From an uncultured Solirubrobacteraceae bacterium (GTDB lineage Bacteria > Actinomycetota > Thermoleophilia > Solirubrobacterales > Solirubrobacteraceae), in NCBI GenBank assembly GCA_902806175.1, contig CADCVQ010000148.1, forward strand, positions 47,200-111,199: a DNA stretch of 64,000 bases. The letters run 5' to 3'. Position 1 is the stretch's first letter. The number at the start of each line of letters is the position of its first letter. The notes beneath the pieces were generated by a model. That model did no database searches, was not told the DNA's origin, and saw nothing but the letters and a program-made list of their open reading frames with translations. Positions 53,058 through 60,652 of the stretch are shown in pieces. Position numbers and translations under genes: made by a program.

Positions 53058-54529
53058 GACGCGGGTACCACCGCCGACTCGGCGAAGTCGTTGTCGACCG
53101 CGCTGACGAAGTAGGTGTACGTCGTACCGCCGGCGTCCTTGTCGATGAAGGAGTGCGTCGCGGCGTCGGACGTCTTGCCGTAGCGGTGGGCGATCAGCTG
53201 GCCCTCGCGGTAGATGCGATAGAAGATCACGTCGCTGCTGCTGGAGGCGGTCCACGAGATCTCGGGCTGCGCGCCGGCCGCGACGCTCACCGCGGTCGGT
53301 GCGGCCGGCGCGGTGTTGGGCGTACCGACCGCCGGGATCGTGAGGTTCGTCTGCGGCCCGAAGACCTGCCCGAGGGCGAAGTTGTCCTGCTTGGGCCGGA
53401 CGTAGTAGTCGATCGCGCCCGCAGGCGGGTTGACGTCCGTGCACTCCGCTGCGCGCACGCCGTTGCAGACGAGCTTGTCGGTGGCCTCCTCGGCCTGCTT
53501 CTTGCGCCAGACGCTGTAGGAGCCCACGTCGCCTTCGAAGCTCGCTCCCCACTGCAGGTCGACGACGCTGCCGTGCTGCGGGTTGCGCCCGCCCGCGAAG
53601 TCGCACAGCTTGTACGGCGTCGAGCGGTCGATCGCGATCGTCTGCGTGCGCAGGTCACCGGGGGTGCCGCTTGCGTCGAAGGGCTGGAACGTCATCTGGT
53701 AGGCGGGCGCGTCGGGCACCCAGTCGACCGGCGTCGCGCAGGTGTAATCCGCGGGCGCGACGGGCGTGCCGAGCGACCAGGCGAACGGCCACGAGGTCGC
53801 GCCGCTCGGATCTTGCAGCTGGCCGCCGTGCTCAGAGTCTCCGGCGTCCCAGTTCAGCGAGTTGGCGGCGGTCGTCGTGACGGTCATCTGCACGCTCGTC
53901 GTGGTGCCGGAAACGGGGATGACGCGGTTCGTGTTGACCACCGGCGACGAGCCGACGGCCGTGATGCGCGGCCCGAAGCCACCGGCGGGGTTGACGATGT
54001 TGGCGATCAGCCGGACGCGCCGGGAGTCCCAGGCCGCCGCGATCGTGAGCTTGCGGTAGTCGTCGCCGTTGGCGTCGACGGCCGCCGGCGCGGGATCGCC
54101 CGTGGCGTCGCGATCGCAGTACTGCGTCCGGTCGCCGGCGAAGATCCCGTCCTTCGGATCGTCGAACATGCACGACTCGACGGTCAGCGTGTACGTGACG
54201 CCGCGGCGCCTGACCTGCCAACCGGCCGTGGACGTGTCGGCATCCGCCAAGCCGTCGATCGACTGCAGGGCGGCGGGCGCCGTGTTCGTCAGCAGCAGGT
54301 CGTAGTCGATCTCGCGGGCGGTCTCGACGATCTCGCGCGTGAGGTTCGTCGCCGCCTCACGGCTGCGCGACGTCTGGCCGACGCTGATCGACGCGTCGAT
54401 CAGCGCGAGGGTGCCCAGGACCCCGACGAGCAGCACGAACGCGGCGACGAGCACCTCGATGATCGTGAAGCCGGCTTCGGCATCTCTGGTGCTTGCAGAT
54501 CCCCGTCCCCCGCAGCGCAGCTCGTCCAT
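53054..54529 (-). CDS. Prepilin-type minor pilin (PilV-like) with a large C-terminal extension (491 aa)
   Basis: ...DAEAG|FTIIEVLVAAFVLLVGVLG is a class III signal. The C-terminal region includes an FN3-like segment (PAAPTAVSVAAGAQPEISWTASSSSDVIFYRIYR). Confidence 0.72.
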   Translation of the reverse strand: MDELRCGGRGSASTRDAEAGFTIIEVLVAAFVLLVGVLGTLALIDASISVGQTSRSREAATNLTREIVETAREIDYDLLLTNTAPAALQSIDGLADADTSTAGWQVRRRGVTYTLTVESCMFDDPKDGIFAGDRTQYCDRDATGDPAPAAVDANGDDYRKLTIAAAWDSRRVRLIANIVNPAGGFGPRITAVGSSPVVNTNRVIPVSGTTTSVQMTVTTTAANSLNWDAGDSEHGGQLQDPSGATSWPFAWSLGTPVAPADYTCATPVDWVPDAPAYQMTFQPFDASGTPGDLRTQTIAIDRSTPYKLCDFAGGRNPQHGSVVDLQWGASFEGDVGSYSVWRKKQAEEATDKLVCNGVRAAECTDVNPPAGAIDYYVRPKQDNFALGQVFGPQTNLTIPAVGTPNTAPAAPTAVSVAAGAQPEISWTASSSSDVIFYRIYREGQLIAHRYGKTSDAATHSFIDKDAGGTTYTYFVSAVDNDFAESAVVPAS

Positions 54530-54609
54530 GACGTGCCCATCGACGCGACAGCCACGGTCGCTGAGGCACGCCGACGTCCGTGGACGGACGTCCGAAGCGC
54601 GCCGAGCCG

Positions 54610-55029
54610 CTACCAGCTGCTGTCGGACCGGCATCCACCTTGGCCCGGGACCGTGCAGCTGCGCGAGTAACCGCCGGCCTGGCGCTCGATCGTGAAGACC
54701 GTGTCGGTCTTGGAGCGCTGCGACACCGAGAAGCGCGCGCCGCCGTCGAGGATGGTCGCGGTGACGCCCCGTGCCAGCGGGCTCTGGACATCGGGGCAGC
54801 CGGTGTACATCTCCGCGCTGCGAAAGCAGGATTCCATCTGCGAGACCGCGTTGCGGACGTCGGTCTTGGCCTCCGCGTCGCGCGCTTTGGCGGCCTGGCC
54901 GAGGAAGGTGGGCAGCGCGATCGCCGCGAGGATCCCGATGATCAGGACGACGACGAGAAGTTCGATCAGCGAGAAGCCGCGTTCGTCCATGGCGAGGCCA
55001 TCGGCTCGGTGAGCGGCCTGCGCAACCAT
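54610..55029 (-). CDS. Type IV pilin (copy 1)
   Basis: MDERG|FSLIELLVVVLIIGILAAIALPTFLGQ. The start could be the ATG at 55029 or the one at 54990. Has a C-terminal Cys pair. Confidence 0.85.
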   Translation of the reverse strand: MVAQAAHRADGLAMDERGFSLIELLVVVLIIGILAAIALPTFLGQAAKARDAEAKTDVRNAVSQMESCFRSAEMYTGCPDVQSPLARGVTATILDGGARFSVSQRSKTDTVFTIERQAGGYSRSCTVPGQGGCRSDSSW

Positions 55030-55066
55030 CGGCCCGCGCGATGGCCGAACGTCTGAGAACGACGAA

Positions 55067-55088
55067 GGGCGAGCCCGAAGGCCCGCCC
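55067..55088 (-). terminator. Imperfect stem-loop between the two pilin genes
   Basis: GGGCGAGCC-cgaa-GGCCCGCCC, a 9-bp stem with one mismatch. On the minus strand it is followed by a T-containing run, TTCGTCGTTCTC. Possible attenuator after the first pilin gene. Confidence 0.42.
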
Positions 55089-55128
55089 CTGTGCGTGTTC
55101 AGCGCTTGCGTTTTTCAGGCGTGGCGAC

Positions 55129-55557
55129 TCAGCTACCAGGCCAAGAGGTGTCATCAGTGTTGGACGTCGTGCGTGCCAGACCGCTCGCCGACTTCGTGAT
55201 CGTGTACGTCTTGCCGGACTTCGACGTCGCGGTTACGGCGTACATTCCCGCCGGCGCAGTCGTGGAGACGGTCACAGGCAGCGTGACCAGCTTCAGCGCG
55301 GCGAGCGGGGGGTTGCCGGCCGCGGTACCGCAATCGTCCGCGTCCGCGTCCGCCTTGTCCACCAGGCAGGACTCGATCTCGCTGACGGCGTTGCGGACGT
55401 CGGACTTGGCCGCCGAATCCTGCGCCTTGGCGCGCTGGCCGAGGAACGTCGGCAGGGCGATGGCGGCGAGGATGCCGATGATGAGGACGACGACCAGGAG
55501 CTCGATGAGCGTGAAGCCGGACTCGTCCGAGGCGCGGTTGCGCAGGTTCTGCAGCAT
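55129..55557 (-). CDS. Type IV pilin (copy 2, first gene of the locus; major pilin candidate)
   Basis: MLQNLRNRASDESG|FTLIELLVVVLIIGILAAIALPTFLGQ. GGAGGG lies 8 nt upstream of the ATG at 55557. Confidence 0.88.
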   Translation of the reverse strand: MLQNLRNRASDESGFTLIELLVVVLIIGILAAIALPTFLGQRAKAQDSAAKSDVRNAVSEIESCLVDKADADADDCGTAAGNPPLAALKLVTLPVTVSTTAPAGMYAVTATSKSGKTYTITKSASGLARTTSNTDDTSWPGS

Positions 55558-55797
55558 GTGATGATCCCTCCAGGATCCGGTATGTGTAGGCATGCAGGCC
55601 GTTGCCATGGCGCAGCCGCGCCGGTGAATGACGGGAGATCCGTCGCCCGCCCTCACGAGCGGTGTGCCGACTGCGTCGAGTGACTGGCGTTGCATGCTGC
55701 GCTCATCGGCCGGCGGACGGCTCGACGACGAGCGAGGGTCCACGCTTCTGGACGGACGGTCGATTGGGGGCCGCCGGGCGTGGACGTTGCGGGCCGT

Positions 55798-55986
55798 CTA
55801 CGCCGTGTCGGCGGCGCGGCGCGCGGCCTGGGCGTCGTGGCCGGGCAGCTGCACCCCGCCGCCGTCGCACCACGGGCAGGCGACCTGCTGCGCCGTCCCG
55901 CCGAGGTTCGAGATGACGTGCCCGGTACCGCGGCAGGGCGCGCAGGACGGCGGCTCGCCAGGCTGGGTGTCGTCGGGCACGGCCAT
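55798..55986 (-). CDS. Small DnaJ-type zinc-ribbon protein (62 aa)
   Basis: MAVPDDTQPGEPPSCAPCRGTGHV...ACPWCDGGGV carries two CxxCxGxG motifs. The longer 132-aa track ORF has an implausible N-terminus. Confidence 0.45.
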   Translation of the reverse strand: MAVPDDTQPGEPPSCAPCRGTGHVISNLGGTAQQVACPWCDGGGVQLPGHDAQAARRAADTA

Positions 55987-56200
55987 CGCAGGCACGCTAG
56001 TACACGCGCTCGCCGCCCGCGTGGCGCCAAAGTGCACGATCTCGCAACCGCTTTGCGCCGTTGCGCAGCAAACTCCTGCGCGAAGCCGGGTTTCAGCGCT
56101 GGACTTGCCGGCGGGGCATGGGCACAATGCGAACAATGCCTGGGGTAAGGATGCCAATGGAACGTCGTCGCGCCCGCGCTTGCGCGCGTATCTCAACGAT

Positions 56201-58336
56201 ATGAACCGTCGCCGATCGCTTCTGGAGATGCTTGTGTGCGCACTGCTTGTCGCAGTGCTCGCAGTTCAGCCCGCGGCCGGAGACGGCAAGGGCAAGGGCA
56301 ACGCCAACGGCAAGGCCAAGCACGACAACGCACCGGCCGCGGCCGCGCCTGCGGGCGCCGGCGACGGCGCGCCCGGTGGGCCGCCGGCCCCAGCCGCCGC
56401 CCCCGCTCCGGACCCCGCTCCCGCTCCCGCTCAGTCGAACGGTCCCAAGCCGGGCAACGCGCCCGCGACCGGCGCAACCGGCAAGGGCAAGGCGAGCGCC
56501 AAGAGCAAGGCGGCGGGCAAGCATCGTGCGAAGTCGCGATCGGCTCAGAAGGGGGCGCCCCCGCCGCAGGCGCAGGCACCGGCAAGCCCGGGCAACTCGC
56601 CGTCGGCGGGCCACGGTCCGCCGGCCAAGCACGGTGCGCCCGTCGACGAGGTCCCCGCAGCGGGGCGCGAGGAGCGCGATCCGGGCACGCCTCCGCAGAT
56701 GTCGGAGGCGCCCGGCGAGAAACGCGAGGCGCGCGACGCGCCGGCAGCGCAGGACGGTGCGCCACCGCGCGACGCGGGCGTGACACCCGACACCGCCCGT
56801 GGCGCGCCGGGCAGCGGCAACATCGGCGTGCCTGCATCGCCGTCCGCCGAGGCGCCGGCCGTCACCGCCGTCGTCCCGCCGCCCGCTGCTGCGCCGGCCG
56901 GCCCGCCCGGTACGCAGGAGCCCGGCAGCGGTGCCGTCGCCGTCCCCGTCCAGGGCTCAGGGTCGGCGCCACCGCTCAACGGCGATCTGCGCGGCAACGG
57001 CTTGAACTCTACGCTGCGCCAGCCGCCTCAGGCTTCAGCGATCACCGGACCGTCGCCGCTGACGCAGACCGGCGGAGCGATCCCGGCATCGGCGATCGAG
57101 ATCCCGCTCGTCACGCCGGCGACCGAGGCGATCACGCGCGTGCGAGAGGCCGGCCCGAGCCAGACCTCGGGGCCGCGTCCCCGGCGCGGCGACACCGTCG
57201 CGCCGCTGCAGGGCGTCGCGAGCGCGGGTGCGAGCGACTCGTCGGTCGGCGCGGTGCTCGTCTCGTGGGCGAAGTACGCGCTCGCGGTGCTCGTCCTGCT
57301 CGTCCTCGCGCTCGGCGTCAACTCGATCGTCGCCGCCGCTCGCACACGCCGACTCGAGCGCCAGCGCGAGCGCCTGATGGAGGACATCGGTTTGCTGCAG
57401 GCCGCGCTGCTGCCGGCGGTGCCCGCGCGCCTGGGCGCACTGCTGACGACGGTCGCCTACCGCCCTGCCGACGGCCCCGCGGCCGGCGGTGACTTCTACG
57501 ACGCGTTCCCTCTGCCCGACGGGCGTGTGGGGCTGCTGCTCGGCGACGTCTCCGGGCACGGGCGACAGGCGCTCGCCAAGACGACCCTCGTGCGCTTCAC
57601 CGTGCGCGCCCACCTCGAGGCGGGGCTCTCTCCGCGCGAGGCGGTAGCGATCGCCGGACGCTCGCTCGACGGGCGCCTGTCGGATGACTTCGCGACCGTG
57701 ATCGCCGCGATCCACGATCCGGCGATGGGAACGCTGACCTACGCGAGCGCCGGCCACCCGCCGCCGATCGTCGTCGGCCCCGCGCGCCACCACCCCGTGA
57801 CGGTGTCCTCGGCGCCGCCGATCGGCGTCGGCTTCCCCACAGGCCAGCGCCAGACGGTGCTGCCGATGCCTGAGGGCGTCTCGGTGATGATCTACTCCGA
57901 CGGCCTGCTCGAAGCGCGCATCGACGGCGTGCCGATCGGGCCGGAGCGACTCGCCGCCTGGCTGGACGAGTTCGGCCCCGACGGCACGGCGAAGGCGGTG
58001 CTCGACCGCGTCGTCGAGAACGCCGATCGCGTTCCGGACGATCTCGCCGCCGTCCTGCTGCACGCCTCCCCCGGCGCGAGCGCGCCGGCGGCGCGAATCG
58101 AGCAGCTCAAGCTCGACGTGCTGGACATGGACGGCCCGGACCTGGACGGCTTCCTGCGCGCAGCAGGGGTCTCGGAGGTCGACCGCCTGATCGCCGGGCG
58201 CCGCGTGAGCGAGCTGCTGGCCACGACGAGCGGCGTGATCGTCGACGTCCGCACCGGCGAGCACCCGATGGTGAGCGTCGCGCCGATCGGCGACGACACC
58301 GCGGTCGCCACGCGCCCGAGCGCGCGCGCACGCTGA
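56201..58336 (+). CDS. Membrane PP2C/SpoIIE-family serine phosphatase with a long low-complexity ectodomain
   Basis: ATG at 56201. Has a signal-like N-terminus, about 330 aa rich in Pro/Ala/Gly/Lys, a transmembrane helix (YALAVLVLLVLALGV), and then GGDFYDAF...GDVSGHG...YASAGHPPP...YSDGL. Confidence 0.85.
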   Translation: MNRRRSLLEMLVCALLVAVLAVQPAAGDGKGKGNANGKAKHDNAPAAAAPAGAGDGAPGGPPAPAAAPAPDPAPAPAQSNGPKPGNAPATGATGKGKASAKSKAAGKHRAKSRSAQKGAPPPQAQAPASPGNSPSAGHGPPAKHGAPVDEVPAAGREERDPGTPPQMSEAPGEKREARDAPAAQDGAPPRDAGVTPDTARGAPGSGNIGVPASPSAEAPAVTAVVPPPAAAPAGPPGTQEPGSGAVAVPVQGSGSAPPLNGDLRGNGLNSTLRQPPQASAITGPSPLTQTGGAIPASAIEIPLVTPATEAITRVREAGPSQTSGPRPRRGDTVAPLQGVASAGASDSSVGAVLVSWAKYALAVLVLLVLALGVNSIVAAARTRRLERQRERLMEDIGLLQAALLPAVPARLGALLTTVAYRPADGPAAGGDFYDAFPLPDGRVGLLLGDVSGHGRQALAKTTLVRFTVRAHLEAGLSPREAVAIAGRSLDGRLSDDFATVIAAIHDPAMGTLTYASAGHPPPIVVGPARHHPVTVSSAPPIGVGFPTGQRQTVLPMPEGVSVMIYSDGLLEARIDGVPIGPERLAAWLDEFGPDGTAKAVLDRVVENADRVPDDLAAVLLHASPGASAPAARIEQLKLDVLDMDGPDLDGFLRAAGVSEVDRLIAGRRVSELLATTSGVIVDVRTGEHPMVSVAPIGDDTAVATRPSARAR

Positions 58337-59259
58337 TCGCGCCGCCGGCCGACGCCAGCGCCAACGGCCGCTACGCGCCGTCGCCGACGGGCGCGCTGCA
58401 CCTCGGCAACCTGCGAACGGCACTGCTGGCATGGCTCTTCGCGCGCTCGCAGAGCGCGCGCTTTCTCATCCGCATCGACGACCTCGACCGCGGCCGCGTA
58501 CGGCCGGGCGTGGCGGAGCAGCAACTCGCTGATCTTGCCGCGCTCGGCCTGGACTGGGACGGCCCGGTCGTGCGCCAGTCCGAGCGCCGCGAGCTGTACC
58601 GCGCGGCGCTCGACCAGCTCGACGCCGGCGGTCACCTGTACCGGTGTTACTGCACGCGTGCGGAGATCCGCGAGGCCGCCTCGGCCCCCCACGGGGCGCC
58701 GCCGGGAGGCGTCTATCCGGGCACCTGCCGCGAGCTGACGCGCGCGCAGCGCGCCGCGCGCGAGCGCGCCGGGCGCCCGCCGGCGCTGCGCATGCGCGCG
58801 GGCGAGGCGGTCGTCTCGTTCACCGATCGGCTGCTCGGCGGCTACGAGGCCGTCGTCGACGATCTGGTCGTGCTCCGCAACGACGGCGCACCCGCATACA
58901 ATCTCGCCGTGGTCGTCGACGACACAGCGCAGGGCGTCCGTGAAGTGGTGCGCGGCGCCGACCTGATCGAGACGACCCCGCGTCAGCTGCACGTCGCCGC
59001 GCAACTGGGCGCCGCCGCCCCCGGCTACGCGCACGTCCCGCTCGTGCTCGGCCCCGATGGCGCCCGCCTGGCCAAGCGTCACGGCGCCGTGACGCTCGCC
59101 GATCGCATCGCGGCGGGCGAGTCGCCCGAGCAGGTGCGCGCCGCACTGGCACGTTCGGTCGGACTCGCCGGCGCCGCAGAGGCGCCGACGCTCGACGAGC
59201 TGCTGGCCCGCTTTGATCCCTCGTCCCTCCCGACAGAACCGACGGTGCTCATCGCATGA
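58333..59259 (+). CDS. gluQ: Glutamyl-Q tRNA(Asp) synthetase (start codon unresolved)
   Basis: In-frame translation from 58333 gives ...GRYAPSPTGALHLGNLRTALLAWL...RIDDLD..., the HIGH-region N-terminus seen in E. coli GluQRS/YadB. The first ATG/GTG/TTG in this frame is only at 58510, after that region. Confidence 0.82.
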   Translation: MIAPPADASANGRYAPSPTGALHLGNLRTALLAWLFARSQSARFLIRIDDLDRGRVRPGVAEQQLADLAALGLDWDGPVVRQSERRELYRAALDQLDAGGHLYRCYCTRAEIREAASAPHGAPPGGVYPGTCRELTRAQRAARERAGRPPALRMRAGEAVVSFTDRLLGGYEAVVDDLVVLRNDGAPAYNLAVVVDDTAQGVREVVRGADLIETTPRQLHVAAQLGAAAPGYAHVPLVLGPDGARLAKRHGAVTLADRIAAGESPEQVRAALARSVGLAGAAEAPTLDELLARFDPSSLPTEPTVLIA

Positions 59260-59438
59260 GCGACTACTTCGCCCCTATCGCCATCGGCGTGCTCGTGATC
59301 GTCGCGATCCTCGCCATCGTCTTCAACCCGGGCTTCACGGGCGTGCTGTATGCCCTTGTCGTCATCGTCGGCGCCTGCACGGTGTGGCTGCTGCGCCAGC
59401 TGTACCTCGCCGAGAGCGAGCGCCAGGACGACAGATGA
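59256..59438 (+). CDS. Small two-helix membrane protein (60 aa)
   Basis: MSDYFAPIAIGVLVIVAILAIVFNPGFTGVLYALVVIVGACTVWLL. The ATG overlaps the gluQ stop as ATGA. Confidence 0.45.
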   Translation: MSDYFAPIAIGVLVIVAILAIVFNPGFTGVLYALVVIVGACTVWLLRQLYLAESERQDDR

Positions 59439-59454
59439 ACAGCGCGTCGTCCAG

Positions 59455-60630
59455 TTGAGCGACCTCGCCGGCGCCAGCGCGATCGCAGCCCTCGCCGACC
59501 TCGCCCGCGACTGCGGGCGCCTCGGGATCGACACGGAGTTCATGGGCGAGGGGCGCTACCGCACGCTGCTGTGCCTCGTCCAGGTCGCGGCCATGACGCC
59601 GGAGGGCGCGGTCCGCATCGAGGTGCTCGACCCGCTCGACGACGCGCTGGACCCCTCTCCCCTCGCGGACGTCCTCGCCGACCCGGCGATCGAGATCGTC
59701 ATGCACGCCGGGCGCCAGGACGTCGCGCTGCTGCGCCGCGTCTGGCAGACGGACATCACGAACCTGTTCGACACGCAGCTCGCCGCCGGCTTCGCCGGCC
59801 TGCGCGCGCAGCTCGGCTACGAGCCGCTGCTGTACGAGCTGCTCGGCGTGCGGCTGAAGAAGAGCGCGAGCTTCACGCGCTGGGACGCGCGGCCGCTGAG
59901 CACCGAGCAGATCGACTACGCGCGCGACGACGTGCGCCACATCCTGCAGGCGGCCGGGGAGCTGCAGGAGCGCCTGCGCGCGCGCGGGCGCCTGGAATGG
60001 GCGCGCGAGGAGTGCGTCGCGCTGGCCGGCGCGACCGACGAGCGCGACCCCGACAGCATCTTCGCGCGCCTGCCGCGCGTGAACTCGCTTGACCCCAAGC
60101 TGCGCGCGATCGCCCGCGAGCTCGTCGTGTGGCGCGAGGAGACGGCGCAGGCGCAAGACCGCCCGATCCCGTCGGTGCTGTCCGACGCGGGGCTCGTCGA
60201 GGTCGCCAAGCGGCGGCCGAGCGAGATGCGCCAGCTCGAGCAGATCCGCGGCATCAACGAGTCGACGATGCGCCGCCGCGGGCGCGCGATCCTCGAGGCG
60301 GTCGAGCGCGGCCGCAGCCGCCCGCCGATCCCGGTCGAGGGCGAGCGCCCGGCACAGCCCGACGCGCTCGATGCGCCCGTCATCGCGCTCGCCGAGGCGC
60401 TCGTGCGCGCGCGCGCGCTCGAGGAGGAGCTCGCCTACGAGCTGATCGCCGCCCGGGCCGACCTGCAGCGCATCGTGCTCGCGATGCGCGACGGCCGCCC
60501 GCCGCCGGAGGTCCGCACGCTGCAGGGCTGGCGCCGCGAGGTCGTCGGCAACGAGCTGCTCGAGCTGCTCGACGGCAGGCGGGCGCTGACCGTCGGTCCC
60601 GACAAACACGTCGTCGTCGCCGACCGCTGA
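59455..60630 (+). CDS. rnd: Ribonuclease D
   Basis: DEDD exonuclease motifs GIDTEF, HAGRQD and YARDDV, followed by an HRDC-like region. The start is uncertain. The TTG at 59455 is the first start after the small gene; the track ATG at 59350 overlaps that gene. Confidence 0.85.
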   Translation: MSDLAGASAIAALADLARDCGRLGIDTEFMGEGRYRTLLCLVQVAAMTPEGAVRIEVLDPLDDALDPSPLADVLADPAIEIVMHAGRQDVALLRRVWQTDITNLFDTQLAAGFAGLRAQLGYEPLLYELLGVRLKKSASFTRWDARPLSTEQIDYARDDVRHILQAAGELQERLRARGRLEWAREECVALAGATDERDPDSIFARLPRVNSLDPKLRAIARELVVWREETAQAQDRPIPSVLSDAGLVEVAKRRPSEMRQLEQIRGINESTMRRRGRAILEAVERGRSRPPIPVEGERPAQPDALDAPVIALAEALVRARALEEELAYELIAARADLQRIVLAMRDGRPPPEVRTLQGWRREVVGNELLELLDGRRALTVGPDKHVVVADR

Positions 60631-60636
60631 CCGTTT

Positions 60637-60652
60637 GCGCTGCGCGCAGCGC
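60637..60652. terminator. Short GC palindrome between convergent rnd and the BNR4 gene
   Basis: GCGCTGC-gc-GCAGCGC fills most of the 22-nt gap between the two stops. Confidence 0.35.

Noticed and set aside
56280-57240. Pro/Ala-rich coding stretch as a DNA tandem repeat or a second polyproline-type tract
   Set aside because: No regular repeat period is visible at the nucleotide or peptide level. It is compositionally biased rather than repetitive.
58081-58336. Possible programmed -1 frameshift fusing the PP2C phosphatase to GluQRS
   Set aside because: No slippery heptamer or downstream structure was seen at the junction. A phosphatase-aminoacyl-tRNA-synthetase fusion has no precedent that I know of. 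Reinitiation at the CTG or a sequence error is more economical.
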